Origin: an uncultured bacterium
GTDB lineage: Bacteria; Krumholzibacteriota; Krumholzibacteriia; Krumholzibacteriales; Krumholzibacteriaceae
NCBI GenBank assembly: GCA_965371515.1
Contig: CBDUYR010000025.1
Span: forward strand, 1 to 36,438
DNA length: 36,438 bases
Reading direction: 5' to 3'
Shown: one piece after another, positions 1 through 8,673 of the stretch
Layout: each line of letters opens with the position of its first letter
Position numbering within the stretch: the first letter of the stretch is position 1
Made by a program: the position numbers and the translations under genes
Notes under the pieces: generated by a model
Database searches by the model: none
Seen by the model: only the letters and a program-made list of their open reading frames with translations
Told to the model about the DNA's origin: nothing

Positions 1-1
1 C

Positions 2-259
2 AGGAAAAGGGATCTACCGCTTGTTATCAGGAGTTTTATTCTATCAGAACCCAGGAACACGGATAACCTGTCCATTGCTGCAGGAAGCTCTCGAAAAAAC
101 AACGGCATATGCTCTGAATCCGGGAATAAGGACGAGCTCCGCCGCCAGATTGAGATTGGTCTAATAAAACATAACGGAAACAAATCGGCGATCGCACGCG
201 AGCTGGGTATCGGACGGGCGACACTTTATCGCCGGCTCCTTGAACTCGAAATAAGCTGA
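2..259 (+). CDS. 3' end of a Fis-type HTH regulator, probably a sigma54-dependent activator (partial, not in ORF track)
   Basis: Frame 2 is open from the window edge and reads RKRDLPLVIR...HNGNKSAIARELGIGRATLYRRLLELEIS* (TGA 257-259). GNKS-ARELGI-R-TLYR is the HTH_8 signature of NtrC-family C-termini. Confidence 0.85.
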   Translation, partial: RKRDLPLVIRSFILSEPRNTDNLSIAAGSSRKNNGICSESGNKDELRRQIEIGLIKHNGNKSAIARELGIGRATLYRRLLELEIS

Positions 260-380
260 TCAGAGCCTGGATTGCTATTGTCACATCGTTCTCATAAGCC
301 CAGCAGTCCATGAACTTCAATACAAACTCGGATTCATTGTCACACTGAACTCTCTGCGACGCTCCGCGTACGGCAACCAG

Positions 381-483
381 ACTGTCTCAACTGTCTCAGT
401 GAGACACATCGGCTGTGAGACAGATACCTAAAGGAGTTACGCTGATTTCACGATGAAATGTGTATCACGGAACTGTCTCACGG
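381..483. promoter_or_regulatory. Cluster of TGTCTCA/TGAGACA motifs, candidate enhancer (UAS) for a sigma54 activator
   Basis: Tandem ACTGTCTCA at 381-389 and 390-398; palindrome TGTCTCA-G-TGAGACA at 392-406; TGAGACA at 416-422; TGTATCACGG at 461-470 and TGTCTCACGG at 474-483. All lie 150-250 bp upstream of a -24/-12 element. Confidence 0.6.
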
Positions 484-630
484 ACAGTGTCGGAATGCTC
501 TGTTTTCCGGAATATCAGCGGGGCCTCACGCTACGCGGACGGGGAAGGCATCCTCTAACGCGTTCAATTTCTGCAGGTTGAAAAACACGTTTCTGCCATT
601 TCCTTCCATCTCGGAATTTCCTCCGTTCTG

Positions 631-645
631 TGGCATGAGGTGTGC
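631..645 (+). promoter_or_regulatory. Candidate sigma54 (-24/-12) promoter
   Basis: TGGCATGAGGTGTGC has GG-N10-GC spacing and resembles TGGCACG-N4-TTGC. It ends about 85 bp before ATG 730. Confidence 0.65.
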
Positions 646-729
646 GTTGCATAGTGGGTGATTTCGTCCGACTCGGCAGCTGTCGTACGTCTGAGTTGAC
701 AGGAGAAAATTTTTCACGGAAGGTGAATC

Positions 730-1236
730 ATGAAACGCTTTACTGTCGTGACAGGGATGCTCCTTGCCTTCGGGTCTCTTATAATCTTCGCGGAAAGTTG
801 TGGTAATAGTGAGCAGATACTCGATCCAACCGAGCATCAACAACAGCCTTTTTTGACGATGTCCGTTAACGGTAACCATGAAATTCTGGAGGAAGGCTCC
901 ATCCTGGTTATTATTCACAAAACAGGAGAGATGAAGGAGATTTCCGATTCCTGGATTTCCGATGCTATACTTTCAATGTTACCTGATGCGACATGGGGGC
1001 GTCTTGCCACCAAGGGAGCGGTGTATGTTGATGACGTTGAGATCGCGGGCATGATCGTGGCTATCGCCGGTATGGAAACCTTTGATGTATCGGGTGGTAT
1101 TATGATAGCCTCAACCGACTGCTCCTGGGGGTGTCTGAAGTGCTGTGGAATAAACCCACCATGCTGTACGCCTTGTCCGCAATGTTGTTGTGATAAAGAT
1201 AAGGACGCAGGTGTTGAGCCTCACAATGTTTTTTAG
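730..1236 (+). CDS. Exported (possible lipo-) protein with Cys-rich C-terminal segment
   Basis: Signal peptide MKR + hydrophobic stretch + Cys24; SD-like AAGGTG; C-terminal CSWGCLKCCGINPPCCTPCPQCCC. Confidence 0.75.
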   Translation: MKRFTVVTGMLLAFGSLIIFAESCGNSEQILDPTEHQQQPFLTMSVNGNHEILEEGSILVIIHKTGEMKEISDSWISDAILSMLPDATWGRLATKGAVYVDDVEIAGMIVAIAGMETFDVSGGIMIASTDCSWGCLKCCGINPPCCTPCPQCCCDKDKDAGVEPHNVF

Positions 1237-1266
1237 ATATTCTTGTCACAAAAGTTGGAGAGTAAA

Positions 1267-2037
1267 ATGAAGGCTATGTTTATTTCTTGCATAATCCTGA
1301 TTGCGTCCTCCTCAACCGTAATCAGCCAGGCAAGTGAGCCATGTTACCCAGACAGCATAACGGATGTATACGAATACCCGATCAAGCCGGGGACGCCCGA
1401 ATGGAAAGAATTGAAAACACAAAAAGCGAAATTGGAGGTGTTGCAGATACCAGAAATTGTCCTCAGTAGTATGTCCTCAGAGGCATTAGTGCTTACCTGT
1501 TTAAATTATCCTTTTATTCATCAAGTAATAGCGTATGACAATTACCAATTTGGCATTGAAACAATTATAAATAACTTCAACGGTCTTCAGGAATTACTCA
1601 AGAGGTTGGAAAGTGCATCAATATTGATAAATATCTACGCCGATCTTGATCCTGCTTATATTGATCCTGATTGGGCAATTATGCAAAGAGGCAATTATAG
1701 ATTTCAATTCATGTCCATCGAGATGTTACTCGGCCAGGAGAAGCTGTTATCGCAATTATCGAAGATAGAGAGAAGACAACTGCTCGAGGAATGTCTTTCC
1801 AAGTATACAGCTAAAGTGCAGGATGAAGCATATGGAACAATGCACTGGAAAACAACCGCCGTCCTCATGGGGAGAATCCTGCTCGTCGAGGGAGACGAGG
1901 ATTTCAGGCAAAAGTATGATGATGAGAAACTCAGAATATTTCTCCGGGATGCCGGAACCTATACGATCGAACAATTGAATACGATAGTCGTATCTGCAGA
2001 TAAGTATATCGACAGAGTTCAAGAAATGCAGGAATGA
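1267..2037 (+). CDS. Secreted hypothetical protein (YPIKPGTPEW...QIPE...CLNYP type)
   Basis: GGAG SD before ATG 1267, signal peptide, mostly helical-looking body. The stop is 1 nt from the next ATG. Confidence 0.8.
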   Translation: MKAMFISCIILIASSSTVISQASEPCYPDSITDVYEYPIKPGTPEWKELKTQKAKLEVLQIPEIVLSSMSSEALVLTCLNYPFIHQVIAYDNYQFGIETIINNFNGLQELLKRLESASILINIYADLDPAYIDPDWAIMQRGNYRFQFMSIEMLLGQEKLLSQLSKIERRQLLEECLSKYTAKVQDEAYGTMHWKTTAVLMGRILLVEGDEDFRQKYDDEKLRIFLRDAGTYTIEQLNTIVVSADKYIDRVQEMQE

Positions 2038-2038
2038 C

Positions 2039-4456
2039 ATGAAAAAACTTATAATTACGATAATTTTCGTGCATATATTGACTCTTCTGCCCGATTCAGG
2101 GTGGGGGCTGTATGACAGCTACACGGTTGTATATACTCCAAAAGGGGCATCGGTTTTAGCACAAATCCGAAATGAGATGTCCGATCAAGACATTTCAACT
2201 GCAAATGATTGGGCGACATCGGAGTATCCCGCAGCCTTGCTTCTTTGTGATGCATCCCGGACATATAATTGCCATGCCTATGCATGGCATATATCGGAGG
2301 GCGGAGATATTGTATGGATAAACGATCCGCAAGCATATTGGGCAGATGGCAGTTATGTTTCAGTAGATTCGGAAGCTTCAGCAACTAAAGTATCATACGA
2401 CGCAACATATCATTCAGCTGTAACAACTACTACTTCAGGATATCATACATCAAAATGGGGGGCATATCCCCTTATGTACCATGCAGCTCTGGATTGTCCG
2501 TACAACGATGCATCACAATTATCGTATTTCGTTAAGAGCGGGGATAATCCCGCTGCCTGCGTTGATGGCTTCTCGGTCATCGGCAGCATCGCAAGATGGA
2601 AAGTGTCGTCAGAATACAACTCAGAAAGCTATCTGGTCGAGGGAAGTGAAGGATGTAAAGGTCCATGGATCAGAGTCAGCCAGATAGACCCTCCAGGCCC
2701 GGGATGGCATACCGTGGACGTGACCTGCCAAGGGGTCACATGTTTCAGGCTTATCGAGATTGAAAATAGCGGTAAACGGATAATTCACGGTGTGGCCACG
2801 CAGCGCAGCAAGGAAATCGTCGAGAAACCGCCCCAATCGTCATTAAGTACGGTATCGGAAGATCTCATCAAGCTGAAAGAGGTGCAAAGAGAAAAGACTG
2901 GTGAACAACTTAGAAGCATCGGCGATGGAGAGACGTGCATTATATTCACACCGGATTCCCTGAGTGATGCAGTCGAGCTGTATGTTGCCGATTACTGGAA
3001 GTGGATCTGGGATTACAATGTGATTGTACATACAACTGATGGGTTCCCGAGTAGCCCCGATGAATTCAGGGATTCGTTGAAGTCAGCCATAGCGGATTAT
3101 GCCGCTGAGGGGGTGTTCTACTTTCACCTGATCGGAGATGCCAACGATTGGCGCGAATTCGACGGCGATTTGACTTCATCATTATGGGTAAACAGCTGGG
3201 AACAGATAAGGCTGAATTATTTGGCAAGCGAATATCCTGCGGGGGGTCAACCAGAGAATGATATTATTCCAACATTCGCTATTCCGGACACTCTTCCACG
3301 AGATAGAAATACAGCTTATTATGCTCCCTATATCTTCAGCGACATGCCGTTCGCAGATATTAATGACGATTCCATTCCAGATGTTGTCGTTACCCGCTGG
3401 CCGGTGAATTCAGCATCCGATGTCATGCGGCTGGCGTTGAAGATGCAGAATTACAATCGTGGTTATAATCCCGAAGACCAAATATTCAAAGTGGGGTTTT
3501 TTGTTGGGGACGTAGATCATGATGGAATAGGAGATGGTACATACGCACGAGATGTCGCATGTAACGTAGAAGCTGTATTGCCGTCAGCACAGGAAATAGT
3601 ACATCTATATGAATCAGAATGCATAATCGATGCTGATCGAAATATAGCAGCGGTTGATTTGTGGAATAATGAGCGTCCAGAGTTATTGGTAATCATCTCC
3701 AGTTATTCAAACCGCTCGTGGCCTGGTAACTTCTTCGACCAGACATTGCTCAGTGGTTCATTTCATATGGGAATGATTGAGGATGACAACGGACACACGC
3801 CCCTGATAATAGCAGGGTCATGTGGTGGAAGCGATTATGCGAGAACCGAAGATCCGGATTTTGGCACACCAATAGCTGAGAAGTTTCTATTTGCGGAAGC
3901 CAAAGGGTCCATAGCTTGGGTTGGGCCAACAGCAGGAAGTTGGCAGGAAGGCAACAGCATCATCGTTCAATATATAATTGAAGAAATATTTTCAGATCTT
4001 TCGCGCCCGATGGCGGCATCGTGGTTAGCTGCCATGCAACGCATTTGTAACGATTGCCAAAACCAACGAGATATTCTTCAAACGGCTAAAGCGTATATGT
4101 TTCTTGGTGATCCTCTTTCTAGACTCAGTCATGTATTAGACACTATTACTGACGCGAACAAGGAATCAGAGCATCTTTGTAAATTAGCGCTTGAGCAAAA
4201 TATTCCTAATCCGTTTAATCCAAGCACGAGTATTTCATTTACACTCCCCAAAGCAGATTTAGTAAGTATAAAGGTGTATGATGTAACAGGAAAGCTTGTT
4301 AAGGCATTGGTGGACAATAAACTCCCTGCAGGAAGACATGTTGTGAACTGGAAAGGCTATAACGATGCAGGCGGCACGGTCGCTTCTGGCATCTACTTTT
4401 GTAGGATGAATACATGTGAGGGCAGCAAAACTATTAAAATGGTTATTATTCGGTGA
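2039..4456 (+). CDS. Secreted multidomain protein: papain-like NCHAYAW domain + C25 (gingipain)-like domain + T9SS/FlgD-type C-terminal domain
   Basis: Signal peptide; YNCHAYAW...HSA...SKWG; C25-like FHLIGDA, SDMPFAD, VTRWP, GSCGG, YMFLGDP; C-terminal QNIPNPFNPST...YDVTGKLV...W.G...VASGIYF. Confidence 0.8.
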   Translation: MKKLIITIIFVHILTLLPDSGWGLYDSYTVVYTPKGASVLAQIRNEMSDQDISTANDWATSEYPAALLLCDASRTYNCHAYAWHISEGGDIVWINDPQAYWADGSYVSVDSEASATKVSYDATYHSAVTTTTSGYHTSKWGAYPLMYHAALDCPYNDASQLSYFVKSGDNPAACVDGFSVIGSIARWKVSSEYNSESYLVEGSEGCKGPWIRVSQIDPPGPGWHTVDVTCQGVTCFRLIEIENSGKRIIHGVATQRSKEIVEKPPQSSLSTVSEDLIKLKEVQREKTGEQLRSIGDGETCIIFTPDSLSDAVELYVADYWKWIWDYNVIVHTTDGFPSSPDEFRDSLKSAIADYAAEGVFYFHLIGDANDWREFDGDLTSSLWVNSWEQIRLNYLASEYPAGGQPENDIIPTFAIPDTLPRDRNTAYYAPYIFSDMPFADINDDSIPDVVVTRWPVNSASDVMRLALKMQNYNRGYNPEDQIFKVGFFVGDVDHDGIGDGTYARDVACNVEAVLPSAQEIVHLYESECIIDADRNIAAVDLWNNERPELLVIISSYSNRSWPGNFFDQTLLSGSFHMGMIEDDNGHTPLIIAGSCGGSDYARTEDPDFGTPIAEKFLFAEAKGSIAWVGPTAGSWQEGNSIIVQYIIEEIFSDLSRPMAASWLAAMQRICNDCQNQRDILQTAKAYMFLGDPLSRLSHVLDTITDANKESEHLCKLALEQNIPNPFNPSTSISFTLPKADLVSIKVYDVTGKLVKALVDNKLPAGRHVVNWKGYNDAGGTVASGIYFCRMNTCEGSKTIKMVIIR

Positions 4457-4499
4457 TTATATCCTTCCACAAACGCCAACCTTCAAGAGGAGCAAGAAA

Positions 4500-5789
4500 A
4501 TGACCTGGAAACGAACGGCTATCGTTCTATTGGCAATCTCACTCCTTTTATCGATAGCACATGGATGCAGCGAGGAAAAGAAGGATCAGAGGTTTCCATC
4601 AGAGATCGAAACGGCCATCAGTGACAGCGTCATGTCTCTTGTGCGAGAAGGTAAGGTAACCTCGCGCGACCAATTCGACGAACAGCGGAACAATCTCGCG
4701 AAGACCTGGATCAATGAGGTGAGGACCGACAGCCTCACAAGATCAGACAGCTTGACCTATGGGTCACTCCTGTTCAGGTCGGGGAACCTGGAAGCAGCGA
4801 AAGCGATATTGGGACACATAAGCGAGGGCAGTGACAGAAAGGCCAGGAGTGCCTATGAGAGCTTGATCACCGTGGAGATCGAGACGGGTAACGGTGAGCG
4901 TGCCGAAGAGCTCATGAAAAAATACCGAGAGCTTTATCCACCAAGCCCGGACGACGCATTTTACCTTTATGAACAAGTCGAGAATCTGGGTGGCAGGTAT
5001 AACGATATGAACCGCCTCGACGATGCGATAAGGGTATATCTGGACGAATTGTACTCGCGGCCGTTCGATACGCTATGTGTCTCGTTCAGGTTGACCGGTG
5101 ATCTCATGAATGTTTGTCAGGAAGCCGGCAGGCTCGACGTATTGAGGGAAGTTCTAGGGAGAATGAAGCAGGGCCTTATGATGGGTCTCAAGGGATATAA
5201 GGGTCAGGTTGTCTGTACGGATTCCACGGAGCGAGCTGAGGATCACATTTCTCAATCCTACGCATTGTATATAGACAACTGCGACCAAATGATGGCGATT
5301 GTTGATATGGTCGGCAAGCCGGCGCCAGAAATCGGCTTCACTTATGTCTATAATGCGGATTCGACTTCAATGCTGTCTCTGGATGATTTCAAGGGACAGG
5401 TGCTGGTGCTCGATTTCTGGAATACCTGGTGCATACCCTGCGTCATAGGATTCGAAGAGGTGAAGACCCTACTCGCTGATTATGGAGACAAGGGACTGAA
5501 GGCCGTCGGAGTCACTTCTTTTCAGGGTTATTACCGTGATATAGATACGGGTGAGATGGAAGAGGAACTCGATGAGCAGAGGGAGATCGAGATTACCGGT
5601 GAATATATCGAGAAACGGGGGATGACCTGGCCAATCGGGATTGGCGACCAATCCATATTCAAGAAGACTTACAATATATTATCGATTCCGACATTCGTGA
5701 TCATCGATAGAGAGGGTAATGTCAGGTTTGTCCATTCAGCAATCGGTCAAATGAAACAGAAGCGCAGGATTATCGAGAAGCTGTTGTGA
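4500..5789 (+). CDS. Lipoprotein with TPR-like region and C-terminal TlpA/ResA-type thiol-disulfide oxidoreductase domain
   Basis: GAGGAG SD before ATG 4500; lipobox-like AHGC; KGQVLVLDFWNTWCIPC (CxxC) and IPTFVIIDREG. Confidence 0.85.
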   Translation: MTWKRTAIVLLAISLLLSIAHGCSEEKKDQRFPSEIETAISDSVMSLVREGKVTSRDQFDEQRNNLAKTWINEVRTDSLTRSDSLTYGSLLFRSGNLEAAKAILGHISEGSDRKARSAYESLITVEIETGNGERAEELMKKYRELYPPSPDDAFYLYEQVENLGGRYNDMNRLDDAIRVYLDELYSRPFDTLCVSFRLTGDLMNVCQEAGRLDVLREVLGRMKQGLMMGLKGYKGQVVCTDSTERAEDHISQSYALYIDNCDQMMAIVDMVGKPAPEIGFTYVYNADSTSMLSLDDFKGQVLVLDFWNTWCIPCVIGFEEVKTLLADYGDKGLKAVGVTSFQGYYRDIDTGEMEEELDEQREIEITGEYIEKRGMTWPIGIGDQSIFKKTYNILSIPTFVIIDREGNVRFVHSAIGQMKQKRRIIEKLL

Positions 5790-5851
5790 TATGATTTATT
5801 GTACTGCGAGAGTATTGATCTGATACCTGTCTCTGCACGGGGGAGGCGGCC

Positions 5852-6052
5852 TCAGCCGCCGTGGGCGAGGTGGAAGAGTCCGACCTTCGAGCCGTCGGGC
5901 ACGGTTTGGGTGCCGTAATCATCTTCTGGAACGAGCGTTCCCTCTATTGTCACCGTTATAAGCGCGTAATCGTAACCCATCGCGTCGAGCACATCCTGGA
6001 CGGTCATACCCTCGCGCCACTCGACCTTGTCCCTGTTGTTTACCAGTATCAT
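5852..6052 (-). CDS. thiS: Ubiquitin-like sulfur carrier protein, ThiS/MoaD family
   Basis: 66 aa beta-grasp pattern ending in GG; ATGA overlap with thiF. Confidence 0.9.
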   Translation of the reverse strand: MILVNNRDKVEWREGMTVQDVLDAMGYDYALITVTIEGTLVPEDDYGTQTVPDGSKVGLFHLAHGG

Positions 6053-6657
6053 TTCTTGTCTCCGGTGAGCAGCTCTATCGCTACGTTTGCCTGCATGCTC
6101 GCCGCCATCATCACTCGCGCTGCGCAGAGCCCCATCGTCATCTCCGATTCCTCGTCGCCGCAGACATGTATGTTACCCGACGAGTGGACCTTCATAGCTC
6201 CGGTGTTGCCGCAGCCGGAAACCCCGCTTGCCACCACGATCGGCCTGTCGGGGTAGGCGACGCACCACGACTCGATGAGCCATCTCTTGCTGTCTGCACT
6301 GTCGAACGCTTCGATAAGAAGATCGGCATCGGCATAGATTCCCGGTACGTTTTCGGGGGTGAGTTCAATGTTATGGAGAACCAGTTCGACATCGGGGTTT
6401 ATGGCTCTGAGGTGCGCGGCAAGCGTCTCGACCTTCTTCTTTCCGATATCCTGCTGGAAATAATGCTGGCGGTTGAGGTTCGATGCTTCTACGACGTCGT
6501 GGTCGGCGAGGATCAGGTGCCCGACGCCGGCGCGTACGAGCGCCACCGCCGCGTTTGAGCCGAGCCCACCGCATCCGGCGATCCCGACAGTTGCTTTCTG
6601 GAGCTTCTCCGTCGTACCTGGGACGTTCCGCTCGAATATCGGATTGCTGTCTTTCAT
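6049..6657 (-). CDS. thiF: Sulfur carrier adenylyltransferase, ThiF/MoeB family
   Basis: GIAGCGGLGS, DVVEASNLNRQ, EAFD motifs. ATG 6657 is preferred over TTG 6675. Confidence 0.9.
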   Translation of the reverse strand: MKDSNPIFERNVPGTTEKLQKATVGIAGCGGLGSNAAVALVRAGVGHLILADHDVVEASNLNRQHYFQQDIGKKKVETLAAHLRAINPDVELVLHNIELTPENVPGIYADADLLIEAFDSADSKRWLIESWCVAYPDRPIVVASGVSGCGNTGAMKVHSSGNIHVCGDEESEMTMGLCAARVMMAASMQANVAIELLTGDKK

Positions 6658-6675
6658 ACCTGGAATATACACCAA

Positions 6676-8673
6676 CTATTCCTGGTCGTCCTTTATTATC
6701 TCTACGAGTTCGGGCATATCGATGCCGAGCTCTTTTAATCTCTCGATCTTCGGGACGCCGTCGCGGGTCCAGCCCCTCTTGTCGTAAGCGGCGTCGACTA
6801 CACTGTTGTACTGATCCATGCGGAACTTACGGATCGCTTTCATCTTCTCTTCGGTCGTTTTACCCTTAGTGTCGAATCCGGCGAGCTCCGTGAGCTGTTT
6901 GTCGTATCTCTCGGCGCGCGACTCGTACTCCTCGGCTGTGACCGGCCCGACCGCCCTGTAGGGGGGCATGTCGTCCTTGCGGGTGCCGTAACCGAGCATC
7001 CTCGTCATTACGCGCTGCAGGTTGTGCACGCGGGCCGACTGGGCGAGCATCCCTTCCTCGTCGAGCGGTTCACCGGTCATTCCCTCGTAGAAGCGGAAGA
7101 AGTCCTCGACATGGTCGGGGACCTTCGCCGCTACCTGGGGCTCGTAGCTCTTGTTGCTCAGCGGGACGATGTCATTCCAGATCAGCTTGCAAAGGCCGTG
7201 AAGCCCGAACCATGTCCTCCAGAGGGGATAGTAGTAGAGGGCCATGGCCTTGTCCTCGAAAGTGGGTATCTGGTTGTTGACCATGTCCATGAAGATCAGC
7301 CATGCCTCGTCGTGCTGCGGCCCCTTGACGGCCATTGTGTAGCCGGCCTGCTGGGCGAGTGATTCCTTGCATACGTACTCGGAGTACTCGAGGCCCTTGA
7401 CCTCCATCCCGATATCCTGCAGGAAATCGGCGTCGGCGCCGAGTTCCCTTATCCATTTCTCCTTGAGGTAACGGATGCCCTGGCCGACCTCGACACCGAA
7501 GCCCTTGCCCACGGCGATCTCGTGCATGCACTCCATTACCGCGTCGGTGGCGCCGAATTTCAGCTCCTTGCCGCCCGTGTGCTCCGTCGTTATGACGCCT
7601 GCCTCGAAAGCCTCCATCACGAAGGCCATGCAGGTGCCGAAGGAGATAGTGTCGATCCCGTACGTGTCGCAGTAGAAGTTCCACTCGACGATGAAGTCGG
7701 CGTCGAAGCAGCCCATGTTGGCCCCCGCGGCAGATGTCTCGTACTCGGGACCGTCGACTACTACTCGATCGCTCTTGTACGGGCCGGTCCTGAGCTCGAA
7801 GCCGTCCACGGCCTTGGAACATGCCATCGAGCATCCCTTCCAGCAGCCATCGGGGTGGTCCTGCGTGAAGTACTTCGCCTTGAGGATCTTCGAGTCGATG
7901 TTCTTCGTGTCGGGATGCGAGCCGAACTTGTAGTTGTGGACGGGGAGCAGGTCGTAGGCGTCCATCACGTCGACTATATTCGCAGTTCCGACCTCGCGCA
8001 TCCTGCACTGGTCCTTGTCGAGGGTGGCCATCTCGGCGTTTATACGCATCCCGAAATCGCGGATCATCTGCGGATTGACCGGGTTGTTCATGTCGTCGAC
8101 GATCTCGATCGCTCCTGTCGGGCAGACATAGGCGCACGATGTGCAGTTGATACAGTGAGGATCGACCTCGCCGAAGGGCATCGTCAAGTGACGCTTGATC
8201 CCGCGGCCGGCGAAATCGAGTATCCTCTCCTTGATGAACTCGTCGCACGCGCGCACGCAGTGGGTGCAGAGGATGCAGGCCTTGGGGTTCTCGTCAGTCA
8301 GCTCGCTGCGATATTTTTCTTTATCGGTAGCACCGCATATCGCCGCGACCTCCTGGATCAGCGGAACGTTCGGCCAGCGGCCGAGGTACATCTCGGCGAG
8401 TACCCTGCGGTGGGTCTTTACTCTCTCCGACTCGGTATCCACGGCGATCTCCCCGCGTACGGGGAAGTTACACGACGTGACGAGCTTCTTCTTTCCTCTC
8501 TGCTCGACCTCGACTACGCAGAGCCTGCATGTCCCCGAGGGGGTGAGGTCCTTGTGGTGGCAGAGCGTCGGGACAGCGACTCCGTTGTCGCGGAGCGCCT
8601 GGAGGAGATACGAGCCCTTCTGGACGGTGGCCTCGATACCGTTTATCGTTATGTTGATCTTCCCGTCGGCCAT
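6676..8673 (-). CDS. Fusion: HydA/NuoG-like N-terminal Fe-S domain + aldehyde oxidoreductase (AOR/WOR) C-terminal domains
   Basis: aa 1-190: PTLCH...GTCRLC...SC [2Fe-2S], CILCTHCVRAC, CINCTSCAYVCP. Then AOR motifs: LPVHNY, CWKGCSMAC, DGPEYET, CDTYGIDTIS, GLCK, RGW...GVP...L.ELGI. Confidence 0.9.
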   Translation of the reverse strand: MADGKINITINGIEATVQKGSYLLQALRDNGVAVPTLCHHKDLTPSGTCRLCVVEVEQRGKKKLVTSCNFPVRGEIAVDTESERVKTHRRVLAEMYLGRWPNVPLIQEVAAICGATDKEKYRSELTDENPKACILCTHCVRACDEFIKERILDFAGRGIKRHLTMPFGEVDPHCINCTSCAYVCPTGAIEIVDDMNNPVNPQMIRDFGMRINAEMATLDKDQCRMREVGTANIVDVMDAYDLLPVHNYKFGSHPDTKNIDSKILKAKYFTQDHPDGCWKGCSMACSKAVDGFELRTGPYKSDRVVVDGPEYETSAAGANMGCFDADFIVEWNFYCDTYGIDTISFGTCMAFVMEAFEAGVITTEHTGGKELKFGATDAVMECMHEIAVGKGFGVEVGQGIRYLKEKWIRELGADADFLQDIGMEVKGLEYSEYVCKESLAQQAGYTMAVKGPQHDEAWLIFMDMVNNQIPTFEDKAMALYYYPLWRTWFGLHGLCKLIWNDIVPLSNKSYEPQVAAKVPDHVEDFFRFYEGMTGEPLDEEGMLAQSARVHNLQRVMTRMLGYGTRKDDMPPYRAVGPVTAEEYESRAERYDKQLTELAGFDTKGKTTEEKMKAIRKFRMDQYNSVVDAAYDKRGWTRDGVPKIERLKELGIDMPELVEIIKDDQE

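Noticed and set aside
381..423. Transposon end or iteron array
   Set aside because: No transposase, Rep gene or matching distal end was found; the position fits an enhancer better.
36..918. ORFs 36-320(-), 458-661(+) and 526-918(-)
   Set aside because: They overlap the HTH gene, the regulatory region or ORF 730 and have no recognisable features.
5852..6657. Thiamine biosynthesis operon
   Set aside because: No thiG/thiH/thiE or TPP riboswitch seen; the context points to pterin sulfur transfer.
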